Assembly: GCA_030835345.1 (NCBI GenBank)
Contig: JAURPH010000006.1
Location: 703 to 64,702 of the forward strand
Source: Thermodesulfobacteriota bacterium
Lineage (GTDB): Bacteria; Desulfobacterota_D; UBA1144
Direction of reading: 5' to 3'
Length of the DNA: 64,000 nt
Below, in pieces: positions 30,693 through 40,500 of the stretch. How positions within the stretch are numbered: position 1 is the stretch's first letter; every line of letters starts with the position of its first letter. A model generated the notes under the pieces. That model searched no databases. It saw only the letters and a program-made list of their open reading frames with translations, and was not told where the DNA came from. The position numbers were made by a program, and so were the translations under genes.

Positions 30693-32977
30693 TGAGATTT
30701 GTTTTTAATATTCTAATAGTCTTTATTATTCTTACTTCTTTTAATTCTTTGGCAAATGATGCGGAACAATATAAAGGAATGGAAATTTATAAGATTGAGT
30801 TCTTTGGTAACAAAGTTATTCAGAATGATCGCATTTATAATCTTATTGCAGTTAGAGAAGGAGAAAAATTTGATGGTGAAATTCTAAAAAAGGATTTAAG
30901 GAATCTTTATAAAACTGAATATTTTTATAAAATTGACTTGCTAAGCGAAGTAGTAAATGAAAAATTGCTATTAGTTTTTAGGTTTGAAGAAAATCCAATT
31001 TTGTCTGATCTAAGGCTATCAGGAAATAGTAAGCTATCCGATAAGGAAATCCTAGAGGTGCTTCCAATACAAAAAGGAAAATTGACTAGTAGAGATAAGT
31101 TGGAAATGGCCAAATCTATTGTTAGGCAGTTTTACCTTATGAAGGGATTCAATAAAGTCCAAGTGGAAGAAAAAATAACTCCCGTTGGCCAAGGGTATAT
31201 TCAATATGCACTTGATATCATTGAGGGAGAAAGAGGATATGTTAAAGGAATAGTTTTAAAAGGTAGCAATCAACAATTCTATAAAGATATTTTAAAAAAA
31301 CTTGAAACAAAGACAAAGTGGGTTTTTTCAGGAATCACAGGAAGAGGCAGACTCTCTGAAGATATAATAAACCTAGATAGAAGTAAAATAAGATCTTTCT
31401 ACCTTGATAATGGATTTGTAAATGTAAAAGTTTCTAAGCCTCGAATAGATTATATTGAGAGTAAAGATGGTTATTTAGTTGTATTTGAGGTTGAAGAGGG
31501 AGAAAGATATAAAGTTGGGAGTATTACTTTTACTGGTGATTTGTTAGATGATATTAATCTCTCAGATTACATTACCTTAGATGAATCTGTCTATTTTAAT
31601 TTGTCTAAAATGGAACAAGATATTCAAAATTTAACAATTGTTTATGGCGATGAATCTTATGCCTTTGCTAATATAGACCCTATATTTAATCAAGACGATG
31701 ATTCAAAGCAAGTATCAATTAAATACAATATGGAAAAAGGTGAGAAGTATAAAGTTAATAAAATTAGTATTTTTGGGAATACAAGAACAAGAGATAAGGT
31801 TATTAGGAGAGAGATTAAGATCAAAGAACAAGACCCATATTCTGGTACTAAAATAAAAGCATCAAAAAGATTTATTAATAGACGCGGTTTTTTTGAATCT
31901 GTAGATATTAAAGAAGTTCCAAGTAAAGATAAGCCAAATTATCTTGATGTTGAAGTTACAGTTGAAGAGAAATCAACTGGTTATTTTAGTATTCAAGGTG
32001 GCTATAGTTCTGTGGAAGCCTTACTTCTTGGGGTCCAAATCCAAGAGAATAATCTCTGGGGTTACGGTAAACAATTAGGTGCATCTATAACCGTAGGAAC
32101 AGTTAGCCAGAATTTTTTAATTGATTATGGTGATCCATATTTTTTAGACACTTCATATCAGTTTAAAATGTCTTTATTTAAGAGAGCTTATGAGTACATA
32201 GATTATGATAGAGAGAAATGGGGTGGAACTTTAATGTTCGGTAAAGAGTTAAATACATGGACATTTGCCGATATAAGATATAGATTTGAAAATATCCAAG
32301 TTGATGATTTAACAACAGAAGCTACAGAAGTCTTTCAAGAAAGTAAGGATAAAATTAGTTCAATTTCATTAGGTATGAGATATGATACCAGAGACAATTT
32401 TTTAGATCCAACTAAAGGTATATCAACCAGCTTTAGCATTGAAGAGTCTAATAGTTATTTAGGAGCAAATTTGCATTTCACTGAGTACACTGGAAAGTTT
32501 TCAAAATATTATGAGATAGCTAGAGATCATACAATGGCATATTCGTTTGAATCCGCTTTTATTGATTTTAGGAATACTGAAAAAAGACTCATTGTTTCCG
32601 AGAGGTATTACTTGGGTGGTCCTGAAAATTTAAGAGGATATAAATTTGCTAGAGTTTCACCTAGAAGAACTCTTTCAAATGGAGAATTTGTAAGAATCGG
32701 TGGTAATAAATATATTTATTCAACATTAGAATATCTTTATCCTCTTGCATTAGAAACTGGGTTAAAAGGAATTTTATTTTTTGATATTGGCCAGACTTAT
32801 GAAGAAACAGAAATGATAGATAAAAATCCTTGGGATATGAAAAAAGATATAGGCTTTGGCTTTAGATGGCTTTCACCTGTAGGGCCATTAAAACTAGACT
32901 TTGGATTTCCTCTTGGTAATAGAAAATCAGATGAAAGTAAATATGAAGTCCAGTTTTCATTTGGCTCTGTATTCTAG
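30692..32977 (+). CDS. bamA: Outer membrane protein assembly factor BamA
   Basis: 761 aa. Signal peptide, five POTRA-like repeats and a C-terminal beta-barrel ending in the aromatic residue pattern ...FSFGSVF. Confidence 0.92.
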   Translation: MRFVFNILIVFIILTSFNSLANDAEQYKGMEIYKIEFFGNKVIQNDRIYNLIAVREGEKFDGEILKKDLRNLYKTEYFYKIDLLSEVVNEKLLLVFRFEENPILSDLRLSGNSKLSDKEILEVLPIQKGKLTSRDKLEMAKSIVRQFYLMKGFNKVQVEEKITPVGQGYIQYALDIIEGERGYVKGIVLKGSNQQFYKDILKKLETKTKWVFSGITGRGRLSEDIINLDRSKIRSFYLDNGFVNVKVSKPRIDYIESKDGYLVVFEVEEGERYKVGSITFTGDLLDDINLSDYITLDESVYFNLSKMEQDIQNLTIVYGDESYAFANIDPIFNQDDDSKQVSIKYNMEKGEKYKVNKISIFGNTRTRDKVIRREIKIKEQDPYSGTKIKASKRFINRRGFFESVDIKEVPSKDKPNYLDVEVTVEEKSTGYFSIQGGYSSVEALLLGVQIQENNLWGYGKQLGASITVGTVSQNFLIDYGDPYFLDTSYQFKMSLFKRAYEYIDYDREKWGGTLMFGKELNTWTFADIRYRFENIQVDDLTTEATEVFQESKDKISSISLGMRYDTRDNFLDPTKGISTSFSIEESNSYLGANLHFTEYTGKFSKYYEIARDHTMAYSFESAFIDFRNTEKRLIVSERYYLGGPENLRGYKFARVSPRRTLSNGEFVRIGGNKYIYSTLEYLYPLALETGLKGILFFDIGQTYEETEMIDKNPWDMKKDIGFGFRWLSPVGPLKLDFGFPLGNRKSDESKYEVQFSFGSVF

Positions 32978-33006
32978 TATAATAAAAAATATAAGGAGTA
33001 TTTTTT

Positions 33007-33540
33007 ATGAAACTATTTTTAAGAATTTTTATTTTATCATTGATAGTAATTTCACCTAATGTTTTTGCTGAGGATAAAGCAGAAAATATAAAAGGAAAAA
33101 ATTTGAAAGTTGCAATTGTTAATTTTCAAAAAGTTGTTGTTGAGTCAGACTTAGGAAAAAAATTTATAAAATCTCAAAAGTCAAATATAGAAAAAAAGCA
33201 ATCAATCTTGGGCAAACTTGAAGATCAAGTTAGAAAAATGAGAGATAGTTATGAGGAAAAAAGATTGGTACTCGACGAAAAAGCAAGAGATGAAATGGGT
33301 GAAGAGTTAGCATACAAGATAAAAGAATTGCAAAGAAAGAGAGAAGATTTTGAAGTTGAAGTCAAAATAGCTGATTCAAGGTTCCAAAGACAAATTATGA
33401 GGGCTGTTATGAAAGAGGTTAAAACTGTTTCTGAGCAATTGGGCTATGATATGGTTTTTTCTAGCCAAGCTCCAGGCCTTATGTATTTGAATCCTAGCCT
33501 TGATATTACTGATAAAGTATTAGAGCAACTTAACGATTAA
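33007..33540 (+). CDS. skp: Periplasmic chaperone Skp (OmpH)
   Basis: Signal peptide. Long charged coiled-coil. Located immediately downstream of bamA. Confidence 0.85.
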   Translation: MKLFLRIFILSLIVISPNVFAEDKAENIKGKNLKVAIVNFQKVVVESDLGKKFIKSQKSNIEKKQSILGKLEDQVRKMRDSYEEKRLVLDEKARDEMGEELAYKIKELQRKREDFEVEVKIADSRFQRQIMRAVMKEVKTVSEQLGYDMVFSSQAPGLMYLNPSLDITDKVLEQLND

Positions 33541-33549
33541 GAGATTTAA

Positions 33550-33984
33550 ATGATTCTTGATAAAGATGACATAAAATCATTATTACCTCATAGAGATCCT
33601 TTTTTATTTGTTGATAGTATAATTGATATAAATTTAAAAGAAGATATTACAGGTTTGATAAAATTCCCTGAAGATAGTTATTTTTTTCAGGGACATTTTC
33701 CAGGCAGACCTGTCGTGCCGGGAGTAATTATTATAGAATCCTTAGCGCAGCTTGGTGGCGTTCTTATCTATAAATCTTTTGAATCAGATTTAGTCGGAAA
33801 GGATCCTGCATTGGTTGGAGTTGATTCCGTAAAATTCAAAAGCCCTACATTACCTAACGAAGAGCTTACAATTAAAGCTACTTTATTAAAAAATAAATTG
33901 AATATTTTTAAATTAAATACTCAAGCTTATAAAAATGATAATTTAGTAGTTGAAGCCAATATAACAGCTACAGTATTATCATAA
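33550..33984 (+). CDS. fabZ: 3-hydroxyacyl-ACP dehydratase
   Basis: LPHRDPFLFVD and FFQGHFPGRPVVPGV motifs. 144 aa. Confidence 0.93.
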   Translation: MILDKDDIKSLLPHRDPFLFVDSIIDINLKEDITGLIKFPEDSYFFQGHFPGRPVVPGVIIIESLAQLGGVLIYKSFESDLVGKDPALVGVDSVKFKSPTLPNEELTIKATLLKNKLNIFKLNTQAYKNDNLVVEANITATVLS

Positions 33985-34019
33985 TTCATTTAATATATAT
34001 GATAATTGAGAAAGTATTT

Positions 34020-34050
34020 GCCGTATGTTAATATACGGCTTTATATTTTT
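34020..34050 (+). terminator. Rho-independent terminator-like hairpin after fabZ (7-bp stem GCCGTAT/ATACGGC, loop GTTAAT, T-rich tail)
   Basis: Inverted repeat at 34020-34039 followed by TTTATATTTTT. It abuts tRNA-Thr at 34051. A TTGCCG...TTTATA promoter-like arrangement overlaps it. Confidence 0.45.
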
Positions 34051-34122
34051 GCTGACGTAGCTCAGGGGTAGAGCAGCTGATTTGTAATCAGCCGGTCGGG
34101 GGTTCAAATCCCTTCGTCAGCT
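34051..34122 (+). tRNA. tRNA-Thr (anticodon TGT)
   Basis: Cloverleaf with acceptor GCTGACG/CGTCAGC, anticodon loop TTTGTAA and T-loop GGTTCAAATCC. Confidence 0.85.
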
Positions 34123-34128
34123 AAATAT

Positions 34129-34211
34129 GGGGATATGGCAGAGTGGACAAATGCATCAGACTGTAAATCTGACGGCGCAAGCCTACGGTGGTTCGAATCC
34201 ATCTATCCCCA
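34129..34211 (+). tRNA. tRNA-Tyr (anticodon GTA)
   Basis: Acceptor GGGGATA/TATCCCC, anticodon loop CTGTAAA, long variable arm and T-loop GGTTCGAATCC. Confidence 0.85.
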
Positions 34212-34221
34212 AACAATATGT

Positions 34222-34295
34222 GCGGGAGTAGCTCAGTTGGCTAGAGCGTCTGCCTTCCAAGCAGAGGGTCGCGGGTTCGAGTCCCGTTTCCCGCT
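34222..34295 (+). tRNA. tRNA-Gly (anticodon TCC)
   Basis: Acceptor GCGGGAG/TTCCCGC, anticodon loop CTTCCAA and T-loop GGTTCGAGTCC. Confidence 0.85.
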
Positions 34296-34298
34296 CAT

Positions 34299-34370
<72 letters not shown>

Positions 34371-34418
34371 AACTAGTTTTAGTAATATATAGTATTACTA
34401 ATAAGGAAGTGTTTTATT

Positions 34419-34580
34419 ATGGGTGATAATATAGTTGTTATATCTCTTGAATGTACTGCATGTGCAGGAAAAGGTAGATATCATTATAGAAAAAATAAAA
34501 AGGTTCAGCGAGATAAGCTCGAGTTAAAGAAGTACTGTAAGTTTTGTAAAAAGCATGAGGTACACAAAGAAACAAAATAG
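34419..34580 (+). CDS. rpmG: 50S ribosomal protein L33 (Zn-ribbon C4 form)
   Basis: Not in the ORF track. RBS AAGGAAG 9 nt upstream of ATG 34419. [53 protein letters not shown] matches the L33 consensus (...KNKR...KLELKKYDP...H...KE). The TAG stop at 34578-34580 overlaps the tRNA-Trp 5' end. Confidence 0.85.
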   Translation: MGDNIVVISLECTACAGKGRYHYRKNKKVQRDKLELKKYCKFCKKHEVHKETK

Positions 34581-34651
34581 GGGTGTAGCTCAGTTGGCAG
34601 AGCGACGGTCTCCAAAACCGTAGGTCGGGAGTTCGAGACTCTCCACCCCTG
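34579..34651 (+). tRNA. tRNA-Trp (anticodon CCA)
   Basis: AGGGGTGTAGCTCAGTTGGCAGAGCGACGGTCTCCAAAACCGTAGGTCGGGAGTTCGAGACTCTCCACCCCTG is near-identical in architecture to E. coli tRNA-Trp (A1:U72, discriminator G). Confidence 0.88.
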
Positions 34652-34669
34652 TTAGGAGATTTATTTTTT

Positions 34670-34852
34670 ATGATTAGTAATTTTTTTAATGAAATCAAAA
34701 GTGAATTAGGAAAAATTTCCTGGATTGACAAGAATGAGAATATTAAGTCGACTGCAGGTGTAGTAGTGGTTACGATTATTTTAGGAATTATTTTATTAAT
34801 AATCGATTTAATTTTTTCTTCATTAACAGAATTTTTGTTAGGTGGTATGTAA
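34670..34852 (+). CDS. secE: Preprotein translocase subunit SecE
   Basis: 60 aa with a single C-terminal TM helix (VVVVTIILGIILLIIDLIFS). Conserved position before nusG. RBS AGGAG. Confidence 0.85.
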   Translation: MISNFFNEIKSELGKISWIDKNENIKSTAGVVVVTIILGIILLIIDLIFSSLTEFLLGGM

Positions 34853-35410
34853 ATGTCAGAAAAATGGTATGTAGTTCATTGTAATACAGGATCCGAAGAT
34901 ACTGTGAAAAGATATATTTATCAGCAAATGGAAATGGACAGCTGTCCTGATATGATTGCAGATGTATTAGTGCCTACAGAGACCTTAGAAGAGCAGTTAA
35001 AAGGTGGAAAAAAGAAAACAAGTGAAAAGAAGTTTTTCCCCGGCTATTTACTAGTTAAAACAGAATTAAATGATGATTCATGGCATTTTCTCAGAAATAT
35101 CCCAAAAGTTATTGGTTTTGTTGGTGGAAAAGTTAAAGATGGGAAGTTAGATCCTGATTCTGTTCCATCAGTTGAAGAGTCTGAAATCAACAAAATGAGA
35201 AACAAGATAGAAGAGGGTACATTAAAACCAACACCTAAAGTAATGTTCGATAAAGGTGAATCAGTCAAAGTAATTGAAGGACCATTCGAGAGTTTCACAG
35301 GAATTGTTGAAGAAGTAAAAGTTGAAAAAGGTAAAATTCAAGTTATAGTTGAAATCTTTGGTAGAGCAACGCCAATAGATTTAGACTTTAATCAAGTGGA
35401 GAGAATTTGA
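34853..35410 (+). CDS. nusG: Transcription termination/antitermination factor NusG
   Basis: NGN domain [14 protein letters not shown] motif [18 protein letters not shown]. Confidence 0.93.
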   Translation: MSEKWYVVHCNTGSEDTVKRYIYQQMEMDSCPDMIADVLVPTETLEEQLKGGKKKTSEKKFFPGYLLVKTELNDDSWHFLRNIPKVIGFVGGKVKDGKLDPDSVPSVEESEINKMRNKIEEGTLKPTPKVMFDKGESVKVIEGPFESFTGIVEEVKVEKGKIQVIVEIFGRATPIDLDFNQVERI

Positions 35411-35829
35411 TGAAAAAAGTAGCAGGAAGTTTAAAGCTTTTATGTGAAGCTGGGAAAGCATCGCCAGCTCCTCCAATAGGACCTGCATTAGGACAAAAAG
35501 GTGTTAATATAATGGAGTTTTGTAAGGCTTTTAATGCAGAAACCCAAAAATTAGAAGGCATACTTCCAGTAGTTGTAACTGTCTATGCTGACAGGTCTTT
35601 TACATTCCAAGTAAAGACTCCTCCCGTTTCTTATTTAATTAAAAAAGCAGCAAAAATAAAGAAGGGTTCACAAACCACTCCAATGGTTAAAGTTGGAAAA
35701 ATTTCACAATCGCAGGTAGAGGAAATAGCTAAAGTAAAAATGGAAGACTTGAATGCTAATGATATTGAGAGTGCAAAAAAAATTATTGAAGGGACTGCTA
35801 GAAGTATGGGAGTTGATATCTTAGCTTAG
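35407..35829 (+). CDS. rplK: 50S ribosomal protein L11
   Basis: [27 protein letters not shown] hallmark. Confidence 0.95.
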   Translation: MMKKVAGSLKLLCEAGKASPAPPIGPALGQKGVNIMEFCKAFNAETQKLEGILPVVVTVYADRSFTFQVKTPPVSYLIKKAAKIKKGSQTTPMVKVGKISQSQVEEIAKVKMEDLNANDIESAKKIIEGTARSMGVDILA

Positions 35830-35837
35830 GTGTAATT

Positions 35838-36566
35838 ATGGGAAAATATAAAGAAAAAAGAGAAAAAATTAATACACTTGTAGACAAAAATAAGTTTTAT
35901 TCTACTAATGATGCAATTTCTATTTTAAAAGAAGTAGAGGCATCTAAATTCAACGAAACTATAGATTTATCAGTTCAACTCGGAATTGATCCAAAAAAAT
36001 CAGATCAGCAGATCAAATATGCTATTGTACCTCCTCATTCTTTAGGAAAGCCAGTTAAGGTTTTAGCTGTTTGCAATGGAGATAATCAAGCAAAAGCAAA
36101 TGAAGCTGGTGCAGATATTGTTGGGGGAGAAGAAATAGTTGAAAAGATATTAACTGAAAAATGGGTCGATTATGATGTGGTAATTTGTACACCTGATTTA
36201 ATGCCAAAGCTAGGTAAATGTGGACAAATTTTAGGTCCAAAGGGTATTATGCCTAGTCCTAAGATGGGAACTGTTACAAAAGATATTTCAAAAGCAATAA
36301 AGGAAGCCAAAGCGGGAAGAATAGAAATTAAAAACGATAAATTAGCCCTTGCTAACTTCCCTGTTGCAAAAAAATCATTTGAAAAAGACCAAATTCTTGA
36401 TAATATTCTATTTCTTATGAATTCATTAAATACAGCAAAGCCTTCGTCTTCAAAAGGTGTTTATTTAAAGAAAGTAACTCTTTCTTCTACAATGGGACCT
36501 GGTATTAAAATTGATGTTTCTTCATTGAAAGATGATATTAAAAAACTTTCCGGAGTATCTGCCTAA
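35838..36566 (+). CDS. rplA: 50S ribosomal protein L1
   Basis: 242 aa. Conserved L1 regions (VLAVCNG..., GPKGIMPSPK). Confidence 0.93.
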   Translation: MGKYKEKREKINTLVDKNKFYSTNDAISILKEVEASKFNETIDLSVQLGIDPKKSDQQIKYAIVPPHSLGKPVKVLAVCNGDNQAKANEAGADIVGGEEIVEKILTEKWVDYDVVICTPDLMPKLGKCGQILGPKGIMPSPKMGTVTKDISKAIKEAKAGRIEIKNDKLALANFPVAKKSFEKDQILDNILFLMNSLNTAKPSSSKGVYLKKVTLSSTMGPGIKIDVSSLKDDIKKLSGVSA

Positions 36567-37081
36567 TGCTAAGAAAAGTAGAAAAAGAAGCTATAGTTAA
36601 TAATTTTTCAAGTGCCTTTAATAATGCACCTTCTTTCTTGTTAATTAATTATGCAGGATCTAAGGTAGTAGAGTTTGAGTCTTTAAGGAAAGAATTTTCA
36701 AAATTTAATACTAAGATTTCTGTAGTAAAAAACACCTTGCTTCAAAAAGCAACAAAAAATACTGATTTTGAAGAACATTTTTCAAAATTAAGTGGTGAAA
36801 CAGCGATTGCACTATTAGATGATAATTATGTTGATGTTGCCAAATCATTTATGAAAGTTAAAAAAGATGTCCCATTATTTGAGATTAAATTTGGGTATAT
36901 TGATGGAAATGTTGTTACAATGGAAGAACTTGATTCTATTTCCAAATTACCATCAAGAGAAGGGCTGATTGGACAATTCGTTTCTGTCCTAAATCAACCA
37001 CTAGTTAAGTTTTTATATGCTGCTAAAGCTGTACCTTCAAGTTTGATAAATGTAATAAATAACTTGAAAGACCAAAAATAA
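36566..37081 (+). CDS. rplJ: 50S ribosomal protein L10
   Basis: 171 aa. Sits in the conserved position between rplA and rplL. Start overlaps the rplA stop (TAATG). Confidence 0.88.
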   Translation: MLRKVEKEAIVNNFSSAFNNAPSFLLINYAGSKVVEFESLRKEFSKFNTKISVVKNTLLQKATKNTDFEEHFSKLSGETAIALLDDNYVDVAKSFMKVKKDVPLFEIKFGYIDGNVVTMEELDSISKLPSREGLIGQFVSVLNQPLVKFLYAAKAVPSSLINVINNLKDQK

Positions 37082-37117
37082 ACATATATAATACGAGTTC
37101 AATATTCGGAGGAAGTT

Positions 37118-37504
37118 ATGCCTGAAGTATCAAAAGAAGATGTTATAAATTACCTAGAAAATGCGAATTTACTTGAGATATCTGAGTTAGTAAAAGATAT
37201 CGAAGAGAAGTTCGGTGTTCAAGCTGCAGCACCCGTTGCTGTTGCCGCTGCTCCTGGTGCCGCTGCACCTGCAGGAGAAGCAGCTGCCGAAAAAACTGAG
37301 TTTGATATCACATTAAGCGAAGCCGGCGGAGAAAAAATTAAGGTTATTAAAATTGTTAGAGAAATTACTGCTCTTGGACTAAAAGAAGCTAAAGAGCTTG
37401 TTGAATCTGCACCGAAACCCCTAAAGCAGGGTGTTAAAAAAGATGAAGCAGATGAGATTAAGAAAAAATTAGAAGAAGTTGGCGCTAAAGTACAAGTCGC
37501 ATAG
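37118..37504 (+). CDS. rplL: 50S ribosomal protein L7/L12
   Basis: Ala/Pro-rich hinge [23 protein letters not shown]-terminal domain [24 protein letters not shown]. Confidence 0.95.
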   Translation: MPEVSKEDVINYLENANLLEISELVKDIEEKFGVQAAAPVAVAAAPGAAAPAGEAAAEKTEFDITLSEAGGEKIKVIKIVREITALGLKEAKELVESAPKPLKQGVKKDEADEIKKKLEEVGAKVQVA

Positions 37505-37540
37505 TTTTTTTAATTTATATTAAGTCCAAGGAGTGAGTTT

Positions 37541-40500
37541 TTGCAAAAAGAAAATATTCTTTTAACAAAAAAAAGAAAAAGTTTTAGAGATACAGCCCAA
37601 TCAGTTACAGAAATTCCTGATTTACTTAGTGTTCAGAAAGAATCTTTTAATCTATTAGTCCAAGCAGATCTTTCATCAAAAGATAGAGAAAATATTGGGC
37701 TTGAAAAGGTTTTCAGAGCTTCTTTTCCAATTGACGACTATAATAATAGAGCTCAGCTGGAATACGAATCTTACAGGGTTGAGCCACCAAAATATAGTAT
37801 CGCAGAATGTAAACTGAAAGGATACAATTATCAATCTGCTATTCATGTCAAATTCAACTTATGTACATGGGAATATGATTTAGATGAAAATGATAACCCT
37901 ATATTAGATACAAAAAGAGTAAAGGATATTAAGCAGCAAGAAGTTTTTTTTGGTGAAATTCCTGTTATGACACCTAATGGTGCATTTGTAATAAATGGTA
38001 CCGAAAGAGTTATTGTAAATCAGCTACATAGATCACCGGGGGTATTTTTTGATGCTCAGAAAAATGCAAAAGATCTTTCATCCTCAACGAAATCAAGTTT
38101 TAGTGCTAGGATAGTTCCTCAAGATGGAAGATGGTTAGATTTTGAATTTGATTCTAAAGATATTTTGTTTGTAAGAATTGATAGAAAGAAAAAATTCCAC
38201 TCAACTTTATTAATGCTTGCTCTTGGAGAATCTACTAGCTCAATTTTAGATTCTTTTTATATGAAAGAAAAAATATATTGTGAAAATGGCAAGTTCACTA
38301 AAGATATTAATTTTGATTTATTGCAATATCAAAGAGCCTCATATGATATAAAAAACTCCTCAGGTGAATTAATTTTAAGGGAGAATAGAAAATTCTCAGA
38401 AAGAATCATTGATAAATTAAAATCTTCAAAAATATCAAAGCTTGATGTAACTGAGGATGAACTTCTTGGCTCCTATCTTGTAAGGAAACTCGATGGTACT
38501 TATGATCCTGAAAATATAGTTGAGAGTAATATAGTTGAAGAGATTACTGAAGATACAATTGAATTAATTAAAAATAATTTAATAAAAGACTTTGAAATAT
38601 ATTTTGTCGATAATAATGCTTTTACAAGCTCCTTGGTTTTAACTGTAAACGAAATGATTTCTAAGACTAAGGTGCTAACTAAGGAACAGGCTGTTGCTGA
38701 AATATATAAAAAATTCAGACCAACTGACCCTCCAACTCCAAAGATTGCAACATCATTCTTTGAAAACATGTTCTTTAATGAAGACTCGTACAGATTGTCT
38801 AAAGTTGGTAGAATGAAGATCAACTATAAATTAATTCATGGAGTCTCTTCATCTAAGTTATGTTTAGATCCTAGAGATGTATTAGAAACATTTAAATATT
38901 TATTGCTGTTGAAGTCCGGAAGAGGCGAAGTTGATGATATTGATCATTTAGGTAACAGAAGAGTCAGAACGGTAGGAGAGCTAATTGAAGATAGATTTTT
39001 TGTAGGTGTTGAAAGATTATCTAAAACCATCAAAGAAAAGATGAATTATAATGATGTAGCAGAAATGATGCCTTCAGATATTGTTATTCCAAAAAGTGTC
39101 ACATCTGTAGTGAAAGAGTTTTTTGCTACTGGTCAACTTTCTCAATTCATGGACCAAACAAATCCTTTATCCGAAATAACCCATAAAAGAAGACTTAGTG
39201 CATTAGGTCCTGGTGGCTTAACTCGTGAAAGAGCAGGCTTTGAAGTCAGAGATGTTCATTCTTCACATTATGGTAGAATATGTCCGATTGAAACACCTGA
39301 AGGTCCAAATATTGGTTTGATTTCAAGTTTAAGCACTTATTCTAAAATTAATGAGCATGGTTTCATCCTTACTCCATACAGGGAAGTGAGTGGAGGTAAG
39401 GTGTCTAATAAAATAAAGTATTTAAATGCTTTAGAAGAAGAAGATTATATTATCGCTCAAGCAAATGCTAAACTCGATACAGACAATAATTTTGAAAATG
39501 AACAAGTAGATGCTAGAAAAAGTGGAGAATTTGAAGTTGTCCCAAGAGAAGATGTACAATTAATGGATGTCTCACCAGCTCAACTAGTTTCTGTTTCTGC
39601 TTCATTAATTCCTTTTCTGGAGCATGATGATGCAAATAGAGCTTTAATGGGCTCAAATATGCAAAGACAAGCAGTTCCTTTATTGCGTTCTTCTGCACCA
39701 TTGGTCGGAACTGGTTTTGAGAAAAATATATCTAGAGATTCTGGTGTGAATGTAATTGCTTTCAATTCAGGAATAGTAGATTATGTTGATTCATCAAAAA
39801 TTGTAATAAAAAAAGATGATAGCTCATCAGATGAAGCTTCTGATATTTATGATTTAATTAAATTCCAAAGGTCAAATCAAAATACATGTTGGAACCAAAA
39901 GCCAATTGTAAAAAAAGGTCAAAAAATAAACAAAGGGGATATTATTGCAGATGGCCCTTCAACAGAGTATGGAGAATTAGCAATTGGAAAAAATGTCTTA
40001 ATTGCTTTCATGGCTTGGGGTGGATATAACTTCGAAGATGCTATTTTAATAAGTGAAAGGCTTTCTAAAGAGGATACTTTTACCTCTGTCCATATAGAGG
40101 AATTTGAATGTGTTTCGCGTGAAACTAAGCTTGGAAAAGAAGAGATAACAAGAGATATTCCAAATGTTAATGAAGAGAATTTATCTTTCCTTGATAAAGA
40201 TGGTGTTATACAAATTGGTGCTGAAGTCAAACCAAACGATATTTTAGTTGGAAAAATTTCTCCAAAAGGTGAGACTCAATTATCGCCTGAAGAAAGACTA
40301 CTAAGAGCAATTTTCGGAGATAAGGCAGGAGATGTTAAAGATACATCATTAAGGGTTCCTCCTGGTGTCAATGGTATTGTTTTAGATGTAAAGACCTTAA
40401 TATCTAGATTGGGTGACAAACAAGATAGGTCTAGGTCCGGTTCACCTGAAGTTATAGAGCTACAAAATCAATTAGAAAATGAAAGAGAACATATTATTTC

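Noticed and set aside
34438-34731. 97-aa minus-strand ORF from the track
   Set aside because: It lies antisense to rpmG, tRNA-Trp and the secE start. Its translation is low-complexity with no motif. The plus-strand features are strongly supported.
37190-37330. Locally GC-rich stretch (GCTGCAGCACCCGTTGCTGTTGCCGCTGCTCCTGGTGCC...) that could suggest foreign DNA
   Set aside because: It encodes the Ala/Pro-rich flexible hinge of ribosomal protein L7/L12. The composition is dictated by protein sequence.
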